A stretch of 61,038 bases of DNA, filler included. It is 4 parts of 4 records of this genome, joined end to end, with 100 filler letters (N's around TTAATTAATTAA, not from the genome) between each part and the next. Parts side by side here need not be neighbours in the genome. Positions count along the whole stretch, not along the records: positions 1 to 17,981 come from SRR31156797_13016; 3 more parts are not named here. The stretch is one strand, 5' to 3'. The notes beneath the pieces were generated by a model. That model did not search any database. It worked only from the letters and a program-made list of their open reading frames with translations, and had not been told where the DNA came from. The translations under genes were made by a program, and so were the position numbers. Positions 1 through 8,977 of this stretch are shown here, piece after piece (the first letter of the stretch is position 1; each line of letters starts with the position of its first letter).

Positions 1-132
1 ATGAAAATCAGGTGCGTCAACATCACAATCTGCAATAACTATATTATCTATTAAAGGAACTAAAGAGGATACCAGAGAGGTTTTTCCCGTTCCTCCTTTT
101 CCAGATATAAATACTATTTCATTAATTTTCAA
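1..132 (-). CDS. MinD-superfamily P-loop ATPase with 4Fe-4S insert, second paralog (3'-partial)
   Basis: Not in the ORF track. TTG at 132 gives MKINEIVFISGKGGTGKTSLVSSLVPLIDNIVIADCDVDAPDFH, with a deviant Walker A and DCDVD motif. Overlaps the stop of the upstream paralog and runs off the window start. Confidence 0.85.
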   Translation of the reverse strand, partial: MKINEIVFISGKGGTGKTSLVSSLVPLIDNIVIADCDVDAPDFH

Positions 133-988
133 TTGACTTACTCACTTTCATATTTATTTTCTGTATCAAATTCTCAAATAAGTTCTTATATTGAGGATTT
201 CCCTCACTAAAAATATCCCCCTTTGAATATTTTTCAGCTATTTCTCTGTCAAACTCTATTTTCTCTAATATCTCTATATTATTATCAGCACAATAAGAGT
301 AAACATCTTCATTTCCAAGTCCTGCTTTATTCACTACAACTCCAAATGGAATTTTCATATTTTCGAGCATTTCAATTACCATTTTCATATCACTGAGTCC
401 AAATGGTGTTGGCTCGGTAACTACAAGTGCATAATCTACACCATCTACAGCTTCCACTGTGGCACATGATGTCCCGGGAGGACAATCAATAATAATACTT
501 TTCTCTTTTACAGAGTTAGCATCTATAATAGTTTCTTTTAACTCTTTTATAATTTTAACTCCTGACATCTCACCTACATTTAAATCTCCATATAAAAATC
601 TCAGATTATTCTTTGCAACAGATTCTGTGATTTTACCTATTTCCCTCTTTTCATAACTTATGGCATTTACTGGACAAACTATAGCACAGCCTCCGCAATC
701 ATGACAACTCTCTTTAAATACTAATACACTATTTTTAGCAGGTATAATAGAGTTGTAGCTACAAAACTCTCCGCATACTCCGCAAAGAATACATAAGTCC
801 TGATTAATCACAGGATATTCTTTGTATACTTTCGTCTCTTTTTCATGATTTGACTTAATAAATATATGTGCATTAGGCTCCTCAACATCTGTATCTATTA
901 ATACTGCTTTATTCATATTAATTGCAAGATTAGTTGAAACTGTTGTTTTACCTGTGCCGCCTTTTCCGCTTAAAACTGCTATTTTCAT
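122..988 (-). CDS. MinD-superfamily P-loop ATPase with inserted 2x[4Fe-4S] ferredoxin domain
   Basis: SGKGGTGKT, DTDVEEPN, CILCGVCGEFC and CHDCGGCAIVCP, DCPPGTSC, VTEPTPFG. Confidence 0.92.
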   Translation of the reverse strand: MKIAVLSGKGGTGKTTVSTNLAINMNKAVLIDTDVEEPNAHIFIKSNHEKETKVYKEYPVINQDLCILCGVCGEFCSYNSIIPAKNSVLVFKESCHDCGGCAIVCPVNAISYEKREIGKITESVAKNNLRFLYGDLNVGEMSGVKIIKELKETIIDANSVKEKSIIIDCPPGTSCATVEAVDGVDYALVVTEPTPFGLSDMKMVIEMLENMKIPFGVVVNKAGLGNEDVYSYCADNNIEILEKIEFDREIAEKYSKGDIFSEGNPQYKNLFENLIQKINMKVSKSIEN

Positions 989-995
989 TTAGAAA

Positions 996-1370
996 TTACA
1001 CTCTCCTTAAACCTGAATGTTCTTCCACTGTTGCACTTAGGAGTTCTTTCAACTCACCATTTTTAAATCTTAAAACTGCTTCAGATACTGTTTTCGCATC
1101 TGCCTGGCTAAATGCTTTGATTTCAAATGCTCTTAATGCTGTTTCTGCTTTTGGTCCCAATTGAGGAACTATTACACACTCTACTTTTTCTTTTGAAATG
1201 TTTCTGACAGCTAATCCTCCAGCTCCACCTGCTTCGTTTTTGGCTATGTTTTCTATAACTTTATATTCACTATTTTCAGTATCTACTATGATAAAATTAT
1301 CTGCTCTACCAAACCTTTCATCTAATTTTGCTTCTAAATCATTTCCTTTTGTACATAATGCTATCTTCAT
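996..1370 (-). CDS. NifB/NifX family Mo-Fe cluster-binding protein
   Basis: RFGRA motif, GGAG, GPKA; 124 aa. Confidence 0.88.
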   Translation of the reverse strand: MKIALCTKGNDLEAKLDERFGRADNFIIVDTENSEYKVIENIAKNEAGGAGGLAVRNISKEKVECVIVPQLGPKAETALRAFEIKAFSQADAKTVSEAVLRFKNGELKELLSATVEEHSGLRRV

Positions 1371-1391
1371 CTGTTCTCCTATCTTAAATTC

Positions 1392-1763
1392 TTAGTGATC
1401 ACAAGAGTGCCCTTGATCATGATTATGACTACATACTGATCCTGTTGATGCTAAATCTCCGTTTAAATAAACTTTTAAGTTATCTTCCATAACTCCTCTT
1501 GCACCCATTATTACTTCTATTCCCTGAGCTTTAAACAGATCAACAGCTCTCTGTCCCATTCCCCCTGTTATAATTACATTAGCTCCATTTTCTCCTAAAA
1601 ATCTAGGTAGTAAACCCGGCTGATGTGGAGGTGCAGGTAAAAAAGCCTTCCCCATTACTTCCCCCTCCATTGATACAGTAAAAATTGCAAATTTTTTGCA
1701 GTGTCCAAAATGTCCCTCTACGTTGATTTCATCATTAGTTGGAAATGCTATTTTTTTCTCCAT
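1392..1763 (-). CDS. NifB/NifX family protein with His/Cys-rich C-terminus
   Basis: HFGHC, PPHQPG, GGMGQRA, C-terminal CSHNHDQGHSCDH. Start moved to ATG 1763, which follows the RBS AAGGAGTG. Confidence 0.88.
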   Translation of the reverse strand: MEKKIAFPTNDEINVEGHFGHCKKFAIFTVSMEGEVMGKAFLPAPPHQPGLLPRFLGENGANVIITGGMGQRAVDLFKAQGIEVIMGARGVMEDNLKVYLNGDLASTGSVCSHNHDQGHSCDH

Positions 1764-1783
1764 AATTATCACTCCTTTTATAT

Positions 1784-1830
1784 TTGTCATATGCTAATTT
1801 AATACTACTCCTATTTTTGGCATATGTCAA
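1784..1830 (-). promoter_or_regulatory. Sigma70-type promoter with two near-palindromic operator-like sites
   Basis: Minus strand TTGACA (1830-1825), 17 bp, TAGTAT (1807-1802). Near-palindromes TTGTCATATGCTAA (1784-1797) and TTGGCATATGTCAA (1817-1830). Confidence 0.65.
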
Positions 1831-1868
1831 TAACTTTTTTTGTTTATTTCATAATCACGACCCAAAAC

Positions 1869-1901
1869 AAAAATGCCAAGGAATAATTTCCCCGGCATTT
1901 T
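1869..1901 (-). terminator. Intrinsic terminator downstream of the GH3 gene
   Basis: AAAATGCC...GGCATTTT stem followed by a U-rich tail on the minus strand. Confidence 0.6.
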
Positions 1902-1929
1902 ACTTATTTTTTTAAATATATAATCAACT

Positions 1930-1992
1930 CTATAACCAACATATAAAACTAACAGTAAGTCCTAACATTATTCCCAAGATTAAATATGGCAT
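1930..1992 (-). CDS. Putative 20-aa hydrophobic small protein
   Basis: MPYLILGIMLGLTVSFICWL*. ATG lies 3 nt after the GH3 stop, with AGGAAAGGA upstream, and before the terminator. Confidence 0.35.
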   Translation of the reverse strand: MPYLILGIMLGLTVSFICWL

Positions 1993-1995
1993 CTT

Positions 1996-4900
1996 TTAAT
2001 TTTCCTTTCCTAATTTCACAGCTTTTCTCATTGGATTAGCCTCTAGCCATTCATAGATTCCTCTATACTCCAGTTCACTCTCTTCTACTCCCATAGTTAA
2101 TCCTACTCCATACTCAAATAGAGGAATTCTATTGCCTGTTCCATAATCAGGATCATCGGCATTTATAGGCAGTTGATCTATATCTCTAGGCCATGTTACA
2201 GGCAGTTTCCCTTTGAAATCACCATTACCAAACAATACATCTGCCATAGCTCCCCCCTCAGTTCCAGGTAACCATGCTGCAACAAATGCATCCCAATCTT
2301 CGATTTCATCACTTATTACAAGAGGTCTACCACTTATCATTATTACAACTGTAGGTAGTCCTGTGTCCAGAGCTCTTTGGATAGCTATCATATTTTGTGG
2401 ATGTGCTTTCCCGTCTGTTAGATTCATATCATCCCAAGTCTGAATATCTCCTACACCTTCTGCATATGGTTTCTCTCCTATTACAACTACAGCTACATCA
2501 GCAGTATCTGCTAATTCTTTGTCGGTTATTACCTCTCCACCCTTAGTTTCTACTATTTTTCTGATACCTTCTAATATAGTCGTTCCTTTAGTTAATTTAC
2601 TATCTCTAGTATCCTGTCCACCTTGCCATGAAACTGTCCATCCACCGTTTTGTAATCCTACGTTATTAGAATGAGGCCCAGTTACATATATTTTTGCTTT
2701 TTTATCAAGTGGTAAAATATTATTCTCATTTTTGAGAAGTACCATTGATTCTCTTACAGCCTGAGCTGCAACTATTCGGTTTTCTTCAGTTCCAAATTCA
2801 GATAACATATCTCTGTCAGATAAAGGGTACTCAAACAAACCTGCTCTGAATTTAATTCTTAATATTCTTCTTACTGCATCATCTATTCTTTCCTGATTTA
2901 TCTTTCCTTCAGCCAATCCTCTTTTTAGGATAGTTATTACTTCAAGCCATTTTGATTGCTCCATCGACATATCAAGTCCTGCGTTAAACGAAGCAATTAC
3001 TCTCTCTGCAAAACCTGATTCTATCTCAGTGATCAGACTCATAGCATCCCAGTCTCCGATTATGAAACCATCAAATCCTAAACCGCCATCTTCAACGGGA
3101 GCTTTCAGATAATCAAGCATAACTTTATTATTATGCATATGAATTCCGTTAAGCATATTGAACGAAGCCATAATTGTACCAATATTTGCATCAACCGCTT
3201 CAATATAACCTTGGCCATGTATATCCAGCAGTTCCTTGAAATTATCCGAATTAACAATTGTTTTTCCTAGTGAGTCAGTAACTTCTCCAAATACTGTTAC
3301 GTCACCTCTATCAACTGTATATCTTCCTTCACCTGTTCCCCATTCAGCTCCACCATCAGCGATAAAATGTTTAGCTGTTCCTACTACTTTTCTTCCCTGC
3401 ATAAATCCATCTTTATCAGATTTAATTCCCTGTAATCCTTCAATATATGATTTTGCTAATAAATTTTGAAGTTCAGGAAGTTCACCATAACTCTCATATG
3501 AACGCCCCCATCTCTCATCTCTGGTAACTGATACTGCCGGTGAGAAGTTCCAATCTATTCCTGTTGCAGCTACTTCCAGTGCTGTAACTTCACCAATTTT
3601 CTTTAATAATTCAGGATTTCTACTAGCTCCCAGACCAATATTATGAGGAAAACCTGTAGCATCCATTACATTTGTATGACCATGAACAGCATCGATACCA
3701 TAGATTAGAGGTATCTCCAATCTCGTTGCTAATGCTTCTGCCTGAAACTTATCATACATTTTAGCCCATGACTCAGGCTTATTTTTACTTGGTGCAGAAC
3801 CACCACCACTTAGCAAAGATCCTATTCCGTATTCTGTAATATTTCCCGAACTTACAGCGAGTCTTTCTGCCTGTACCATTTGTCCAAGTTTTTCTGTAAT
3901 TGTCATTTTTGATAACAGATCTTCAACTCTTAGCTCTACATCTGCATTCGGGTCCAAATATAGTGAATCTATCTTTTTAATTGAAATTTTATCTAAATAA
4001 ATTGCGCTATTTTCACTTTGATTATCCACAAATTCAATATTTAACTTAGTTGTTTTATCATTTTTTTCATTCATTCTGAATCTATAATTTTCAACTGCAT
4101 TTGCAGTTTCTAGATCAAATAATTTTTCAGCATAAATTTTTGTTTCTTTTTTATTCGTTAATATAAATTTAACCTGAGATTTTGTTTTAGCTTTCCCTTT
4201 AAATGATATTATATACTCTTTATCTTTAATTAATTTCAATCCGCTTTGACTAATAATTTTTTTATTCTCAGGATCTTTTTGTTCTGCAAATAACTTTTGA
4301 TCAAACACTTCTATTTTTTGATTATCATTTTTCTCCCACTTATTTAGATCAATATCAAAATGTCCGTTTTGAATAATATCGAATTTCGAAACAGGCGTTT
4401 TATCAAGAAGCTCCTCTCCACTTTCCACTACTTGAATATTATCTATATAAACTTTCGTTGCTATTGCCTCATCCTCAATAGTTCCAAACTCAAATGATAC
4501 CTTACCAAAGTCACTATCTTCATTCATATCAAATGAGAAAGTATAACCCTGCATAGCTGCACCTAGTTGAAACATCTTTGGAGCAGGTGCAAATTGAGTC
4601 CAATTATTATTTTTAAATGAACCTACATTTACTAACATTTTTCTGGCTGTTTCAGCTCTTGCGAAAAATTTAATTGTATAAGTTTTTCCTTTTGTAAACA
4701 GCAGTTCCTCCTGCAAAACCTGTGGATTATAAGGTTCCTCTCCAGGTGTTACAGTTACTTCCAATTCATTCTCTTTTATTTCAGTAGATATTTCTCCGCT
4801 TCCTGTTTGAAAAGTAGTCCATGAATCCAGGTTTTTTATTTCAAAGTCTCCATTAGTTATAATATTTTTCATTATGAGCTGAGAGTCATTATTTGACTCT

Positions 4901-5019
4901 GTTTTCTCCATTCTGCTACAACCTATTAACACTACTGCTAATATTATGAAAATTATCTCCCCTGTTGTTATAAGTTTTCTTATCGATTTTGCATTCAAAA
5001 TACTGCCCAAGGCAACCAC
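1996..5019 (-). CDS. GH3 beta-glucosidase with two N-terminal CBM4/9-like modules, probable lipoprotein
   Basis: GIDAVHG, RWGRSYESYGE, KHFIADG, nucleophile motif IGDWD, GH3 C-domain AAWLPGTEG. Two NGDFE/NGHFD modules. Lipobox-like LIGC. Confidence 0.9.
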   Translation of the reverse strand: MVALGSILNAKSIRKLITTGEIIFIILAVVLIGCSRMEKTESNNDSQLIMKNIITNGDFEIKNLDSWTTFQTGSGEISTEIKENELEVTVTPGEEPYNPQVLQEELLFTKGKTYTIKFFARAETARKMLVNVGSFKNNNWTQFAPAPKMFQLGAAMQGYTFSFDMNEDSDFGKVSFEFGTIEDEAIATKVYIDNIQVVESGEELLDKTPVSKFDIIQNGHFDIDLNKWEKNDNQKIEVFDQKLFAEQKDPENKKIISQSGLKLIKDKEYIISFKGKAKTKSQVKFILTNKKETKIYAEKLFDLETANAVENYRFRMNEKNDKTTKLNIEFVDNQSENSAIYLDKISIKKIDSLYLDPNADVELRVEDLLSKMTITEKLGQMVQAERLAVSSGNITEYGIGSLLSGGGSAPSKNKPESWAKMYDKFQAEALATRLEIPLIYGIDAVHGHTNVMDATGFPHNIGLGASRNPELLKKIGEVTALEVAATGIDWNFSPAVSVTRDERWGRSYESYGELPELQNLLAKSYIEGLQGIKSDKDGFMQGRKVVGTAKHFIADGGAEWGTGEGRYTVDRGDVTVFGEVTDSLGKTIVNSDNFKELLDIHGQGYIEAVDANIGTIMASFNMLNGIHMHNNKVMLDYLKAPVEDGGLGFDGFIIGDWDAMSLITEIESGFAERVIASFNAGLDMSMEQSKWLEVITILKRGLAEGKINQERIDDAVRRILRIKFRAGLFEYPLSDRDMLSEFGTEENRIVAAQAVRESMVLLKNENNILPLDKKAKIYVTGPHSNNVGLQNGGWTVSWQGGQDTRDSKLTKGTTILEGIRKIVETKGGEVITDKELADTADVAVVVIGEKPYAEGVGDIQTWDDMNLTDGKAHPQNMIAIQRALDTGLPTVVIMISGRPLVISDEIEDWDAFVAAWLPGTEGGAMADVLFGNGDFKGKLPVTWPRDIDQLPINADDPDYGTGNRIPLFEYGVGLTMGVEESELEYRGIYEWLEANPMRKAVKLGKEN

Positions 5020-5289
5020 TCCTATTTTAATTTATTTTGTTTTTATTTAAGACGTTTTATTCATTTATAATATAGTTTAATACTAAGCCGTGTTAGTTTC
5101 AAGGTTCTTTTTTTTGGATTTATGATTCAAATTTTGGTTTTTTCAAATAATCACTGAAATTTTGACTTAAAACACTGTTATTAATTATAAAAATTGAAAA
5201 CTTCGGTTGTACTCATTATAAAAATGTAATATAATTAAAAAAAGCATTTTGATTCAATTCTGATTATCATATGAAAGGAGTTGATTCGC

Positions 5290-5610
5290 ATGAAAATCTT
5301 AATTTTACTTGCCATACTAATAGTTGGCTGTAGAGGATACGTACCTAGTGATGACGAGATCTATGAATACATCGATGAAGAAAACATTAGCCAAGAACAA
5401 ATTGAAGAATTTATAGAGGATAACCCTGAACATGAAGAACGATATGAAGAGATGACGAAAGAAGAAATAACAGAAGACAAAAGTGTTACACCTAGCTCTG
5501 TAACAATTAAAGGAAGGGTAGAAGATAGTAAAAGAGAAAAAACCAGTGTAATAAAAATAGGTGAAACATTTGAAATAGAAAGTGTAACTGAGGGAGGTCA
5601 CAGTGACTAA
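5290..5610 (+). CDS. Hypothetical acidic lipoprotein
   Basis: MKILILLAILIVGC lipobox, Glu-rich body, RBS AAGGAG. Alternative start TTG 5281. Confidence 0.65.
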   Translation: MKILILLAILIVGCRGYVPSDDEIYEYIDEENISQEQIEEFIEDNPEHEERYEEMTKEEITEDKSVTPSSVTIKGRVEDSKREKTSVIKIGETFEIESVTEGGHSD

Positions 5611-5617
5611 ACTCTTT

Positions 5618-5665
5618 AAATTAAGAAAAAAGAATCTGGGTTTCCAGATTCTTTTTTCTTAATTT
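5618..5665. terminator. Bidirectional terminator between convergent genes
   Basis: Perfect 22-bp inverted repeat AAATTAAGAAAAAAGAATCTGG / CCAGATTCTTTTTTCTTAATTT. Confidence 0.8.
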
Positions 5666-5667
5666 TA

Positions 5668-6498
5668 CTAACTTACAGCTTTGCACTCTATATTTAACTC
5701 TTTTGTTTTACTAAAAGTATTGATAAATTCTTCAAGTTTTGGTTCCAGATGAAATAGAGCTTTAAGTGCTTCATAATTTTCATGAGCTTTTTGAGAATTT
5801 TTATTCCCTAATGAACCTCTTTGTGCTCTAAGCATCACATTTTTAGGTGTTTCTTTTGATGCCACATATTCGAATACCCTAGTTTTATAACCATAAGTTT
5901 CCATAATCAATGATCTCATAGAATCAACTATCATGTCTCCTAATCTTTCTTTATAAATCCCGTGTTTCGTAACAGACATTAGCGGATGTTTTTTCATCTG
6001 TTTTCTCACTGTATGTTGACAACATGATACTGTCATTATATATTTTGCCTCTTCGATTATCCCTTTTGCGATAGTCATGTCAGTCGCAGTATCACATGCA
6101 TGCAGACTATAGATAATATCAGGTTTTACATCAAAATTCACTTGGAAAATATCACTACAGATAAATTCCATATTATCAAAACCTAAATCTTCAGCAGTTT
6201 GAACAGCTGAATCAATTACTGATTGATTATAATCTATGCAGATGAATTTGATTTTTCTTTTTTTAATATGTGTAAAGTAGTAATTTGCCATGAAAGAGAG
6301 ATACGCTTTACCACATGCGCAATCTACTAATACTAATTCTCTCTTTGTAGATAATTTATCCATAGCTTTATTCAGATGAGTTATATATTCATATACTTGA
6401 TTATGCTTACCAAGTCTTTGTTTATAATCTACTCCTTTTGGATTTGTTAGTCCGATTGTTGTAAAAATTTCTCTTAAGTTTTTAGTGTCTAAATTCAT
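5668..6498 (-). CDS. Class I SAM-dependent methyltransferase (Methyltransf_32-like)
   Basis: VDCACGKAYL, SLHACDTATD, SCCQH, TPKNVML. Start set at ATG 6498 after AAGGAAA. Confidence 0.85.
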   Translation of the reverse strand: MNLDTKNLREIFTTIGLTNPKGVDYKQRLGKHNQVYEYITHLNKAMDKLSTKRELVLVDCACGKAYLSFMANYYFTHIKKRKIKFICIDYNQSVIDSAVQTAEDLGFDNMEFICSDIFQVNFDVKPDIIYSLHACDTATDMTIAKGIIEEAKYIMTVSCCQHTVRKQMKKHPLMSVTKHGIYKERLGDMIVDSMRSLIMETYGYKTRVFEYVASKETPKNVMLRAQRGSLGNKNSQKAHENYEALKALFHLEPKLEEFINTFSKTKELNIECKAVS

Positions 6499-6586
6499 TT
6501 CTTTATTTCCTTTTCTTATAATTCGTAATAACAATAATAGAAAAAATAATTGCAAACCAGTTATAATTACTTATTTTCTCTTATCT

Positions 6587-6625
6587 AAAATAAAAATAGC
6601 TGTAGAGACAGATGCTCTACAGCTA
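6587..6625 (-). terminator. Leader (attenuator) terminator upstream of the methyltransferase
   Basis: 11-bp stem TAGCTGTAGAG/CTCTACAGCTA followed by TTTTTATTTT on the minus strand, ~90 nt before the start codon. Confidence 0.75.
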
Positions 6626-6903
6626 AAATCTAAAAAGCAAGCGTAGAGAAAATAAAAATTCATATGAATAATTGCGTAAAACAAAATTGCCACTTAGAAA
6701 TAAGCAGTTTTACTACAATTATTCAATTTACGAATTTTTAAATTTCTCCAAGCCACTTATGTTATTCGAATTTGTGGTTAATTCTTAAATCAATAATTTA
6801 AAACTTAAGAATTTAACCTAACACTAAGTTGTCGGACTTAATCACTCCTGTAAAAAAAGTATAGAACTCTTTTTAATCTAAAATTTATTATTATTATTAC
6901 TCT
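6587..6903 (-). promoter_or_regulatory. Structured 5' leader with terminator/antiterminator alternatives (candidate cis-regulatory RNA)
   Basis: Hairpins at 6776-6818 and 6641-6753. Segment 6639-6648 (CTCTACGCTT on minus) is complementary to the 5' arm of the terminator. Confidence 0.55.
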
Positions 6904-6909
6904 ACTAAT

Positions 6910-6938
6910 AAATTACCACATTCTTTTATTTTAGTCAA
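6910..6938 (-). promoter_or_regulatory. Sigma70-type promoter of the leader/methyltransferase transcript
   Basis: TTGACT (6938-6933), 17 bp, TG-extended TAATTT (6915-6910). Confidence 0.6.
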
Positions 6939-6957
6939 GAGTTCTAAAAAATAAAAA

Positions 6958-6980
6958 GAGACTGATCGTTCACCAGTCTC
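6958..6980 (-). terminator. Terminator of the MCP gene
   Basis: GAGACTG/CAGTCTC stem followed by TTTTTATTTTTT on the minus strand. Confidence 0.7.
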
Positions 6981-6988
6981 AATATATA

Positions 6989-8641
6989 TTAATTTGTCTT
7001 ATAATCCCTTACGCTGTCTTTTAAATTATTTGTGATATCAACTAACTTATTCGCAGAAGTTGCGATTTCGTCAGCCATAGCACTTTGTTCCTGTGTAAAT
7101 GATGTTGCTTCCTCCGAGCTGGTAGTAATCTCATGTGATTTATCAGCAATACTCTCTACAGTATGAAGTATTCTGTCTCTTCCTGATATAATATCCTGTA
7201 GTGAATCATGAACTGTATCGATCTGCTCAGGCATCTCATTTACTTTGTCAATAATCTCATTTAGATTAACAATAGCTCCTGCCATGTCTTCCTTTCCTTT
7301 TGTTATTCTTTCAGCGGCATCATTTGTAGTATCAAATACATTATCTGCCTGAGACATAACTTTATTTACCAGATCCGTGATATTTTTCGATGAAGTCATA
7401 ACTTCTTCTGATAGATTTCTGATCTCATCTGCTACAACTGAGAATCCACGCCCTGCTTCTCCAGCTCTGGCTGCCTCAATTGACGCATTCAATGCTAATA
7501 AATTCGTTTGTGCAGCTACGTTATTGATTACATCAACTATAGAATTAATCTGTGAAATTGTACTATTCAGCACTTGCACTTCCTCTGTTGTCAGATCAAA
7601 GGATGTCTTCATTTGATCAATAGAAGTCGATAAGTTTTTAAGTATCTCTGAGCCTTGTTCTGCGTCATGGCTAATAGAGTTTCCTGTAGTAGAAAGTTTT
7701 GTAACTCTCTCGTTTACACTATTCAAATTATCAGAGAAAACTTGCAATAGGTTCACAGCCTCTTCCAATGAGACAGTCTGACTATTACTCTCTTCCATAA
7801 TTAATTCAGTTGAATTTGCTATATTTTTACTTGCTTTAGCAATGCTGCTTGTATCCGAGAAAATATTTTGAGACATATTATCTAATACTGATGATACATT
7901 TTTTATCTCATCTATCAGGTTTCTCAATTTACCGGTTGTTGATGCTGTCTCCTGTGCTAAATCACCTATTTCATCTTTACTGTGAACTTTATATTCAACA
8001 GTTAAATCTCCTTTTCCTACTACTTTCGAAGTTTCCTTAAGGCATTTAATTGGTTTAGCTATTCTGTGCCCTAAATACGCCCCTACTGCAATAGCAATAA
8101 TTAGAATTATTAAACTAAAGATCAGCAATTCAACTAATTCTTTATTGGCTGTTTCTTCTATTTGTTCAAAAGATATTCCTACTCCCAGTCCGTATTCGAT
8201 ACCATTTGCTGAACTTAAGGGAACAGCTACACTGAATACTTCAGTTTTATTCTCATCTTCGAAAATAAATGTATTTGTTTTGCCTGAAAATACTGTTTCG
8301 AACTCAGGGTTTGCAATATCCTGACCTACATATCTTGAGTCAGTCGAAACTACAATTTTTCCATTTTTATTATACATACCAAGATAGGCAAGATTTCCAT
8401 CTGAATCTTTCTGGATTTTACCCAAAACCCTCTCGATAATCAACTGATTCTCAACACCGATACTTTCGACGTTATTTTTAATGGTTCTTGCTAATGTTAT
8501 TCCATCTGATTTCAGTTGCATTGTTAATAATTCTCCTACTTGCTTAAACATAAGTCCTATAAATGCTACTATAATAAACAATGCAAAACATGAAAACATA
8601 AATATTAATTTTTTTCTAATTGAATAAAACACTTCTGACAC
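6989..8641 (-). CDS. Methyl-accepting chemotaxis protein (2 TM, Cache-like sensor, HAMP)
   Basis: [31 protein letters not shown] signalling tip; HAMP GDLT...DEIGDL; two TM segments. Confidence 0.95.
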   Translation of the reverse strand: MSEVFYSIRKKLIFMFSCFALFIIVAFIGLMFKQVGELLTMQLKSDGITLARTIKNNVESIGVENQLIIERVLGKIQKDSDGNLAYLGMYNKNGKIVVSTDSRYVGQDIANPEFETVFSGKTNTFIFEDENKTEVFSVAVPLSSANGIEYGLGVGISFEQIEETANKELVELLIFSLIILIIAIAVGAYLGHRIAKPIKCLKETSKVVGKGDLTVEYKVHSKDEIGDLAQETASTTGKLRNLIDEIKNVSSVLDNMSQNIFSDTSSIAKASKNIANSTELIMEESNSQTVSLEEAVNLLQVFSDNLNSVNERVTKLSTTGNSISHDAEQGSEILKNLSTSIDQMKTSFDLTTEEVQVLNSTISQINSIVDVINNVAAQTNLLALNASIEAARAGEAGRGFSVVADEIRNLSEEVMTSSKNITDLVNKVMSQADNVFDTTNDAAERITKGKEDMAGAIVNLNEIIDKVNEMPEQIDTVHDSLQDIISGRDRILHTVESIADKSHEITTSSEEATSFTQEQSAMADEIATSANKLVDITNNLKDSVRDYKTN

Positions 8642-8826
8642 CTCTCTTTAATTTTCTTTTTTTGCTTTTACAAACTTCTTCCCAATAAGATCATTTTGTG
8701 TCTTTTTAAACTTTCTTCTTCACATTATATAATTAAACTTCAATTTAATTATCAAAAAAGTCTTTAATTAAAAAAACAAGTTTTCCTATTAAGTTTTTAA
8801 TTTCCAATATAAATCCCCTCTTTTTA

Positions 8827-8855
8827 AACTTATCACATGAACTCATTTTAGTCAA
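8827..8855 (-). promoter_or_regulatory. Possible sigma70 promoter of the MCP gene
   Basis: TTGACT, 17 bp, TG-extended TAAGTT on the minus strand. Confidence 0.45.
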
Positions 8856-8977
8856 GAGCATAAAAATTCTTGCTGTGCTTTAACCGGTACAGGGTGATCA
8901 AAACACAGCAAGTATATAAAGAGGTATCACATGTAAAATTTATTATTTTAATTCATTAAAACCTATATAGAGTATTT

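Noticed and set aside
996-1763. Nitrogen fixation genes
   Set aside because: Stand-alone NifB/NifX-domain proteins with MinD-Fer4 ATPases are common in non-diazotrophic anaerobes. No nifHDK is present.
6641-6753. Long hairpin considered as 6S or SRP RNA
   Set aside because: No SRP helix-8 motif and no 6S-like central bubble or length. Kept only as a leader element.
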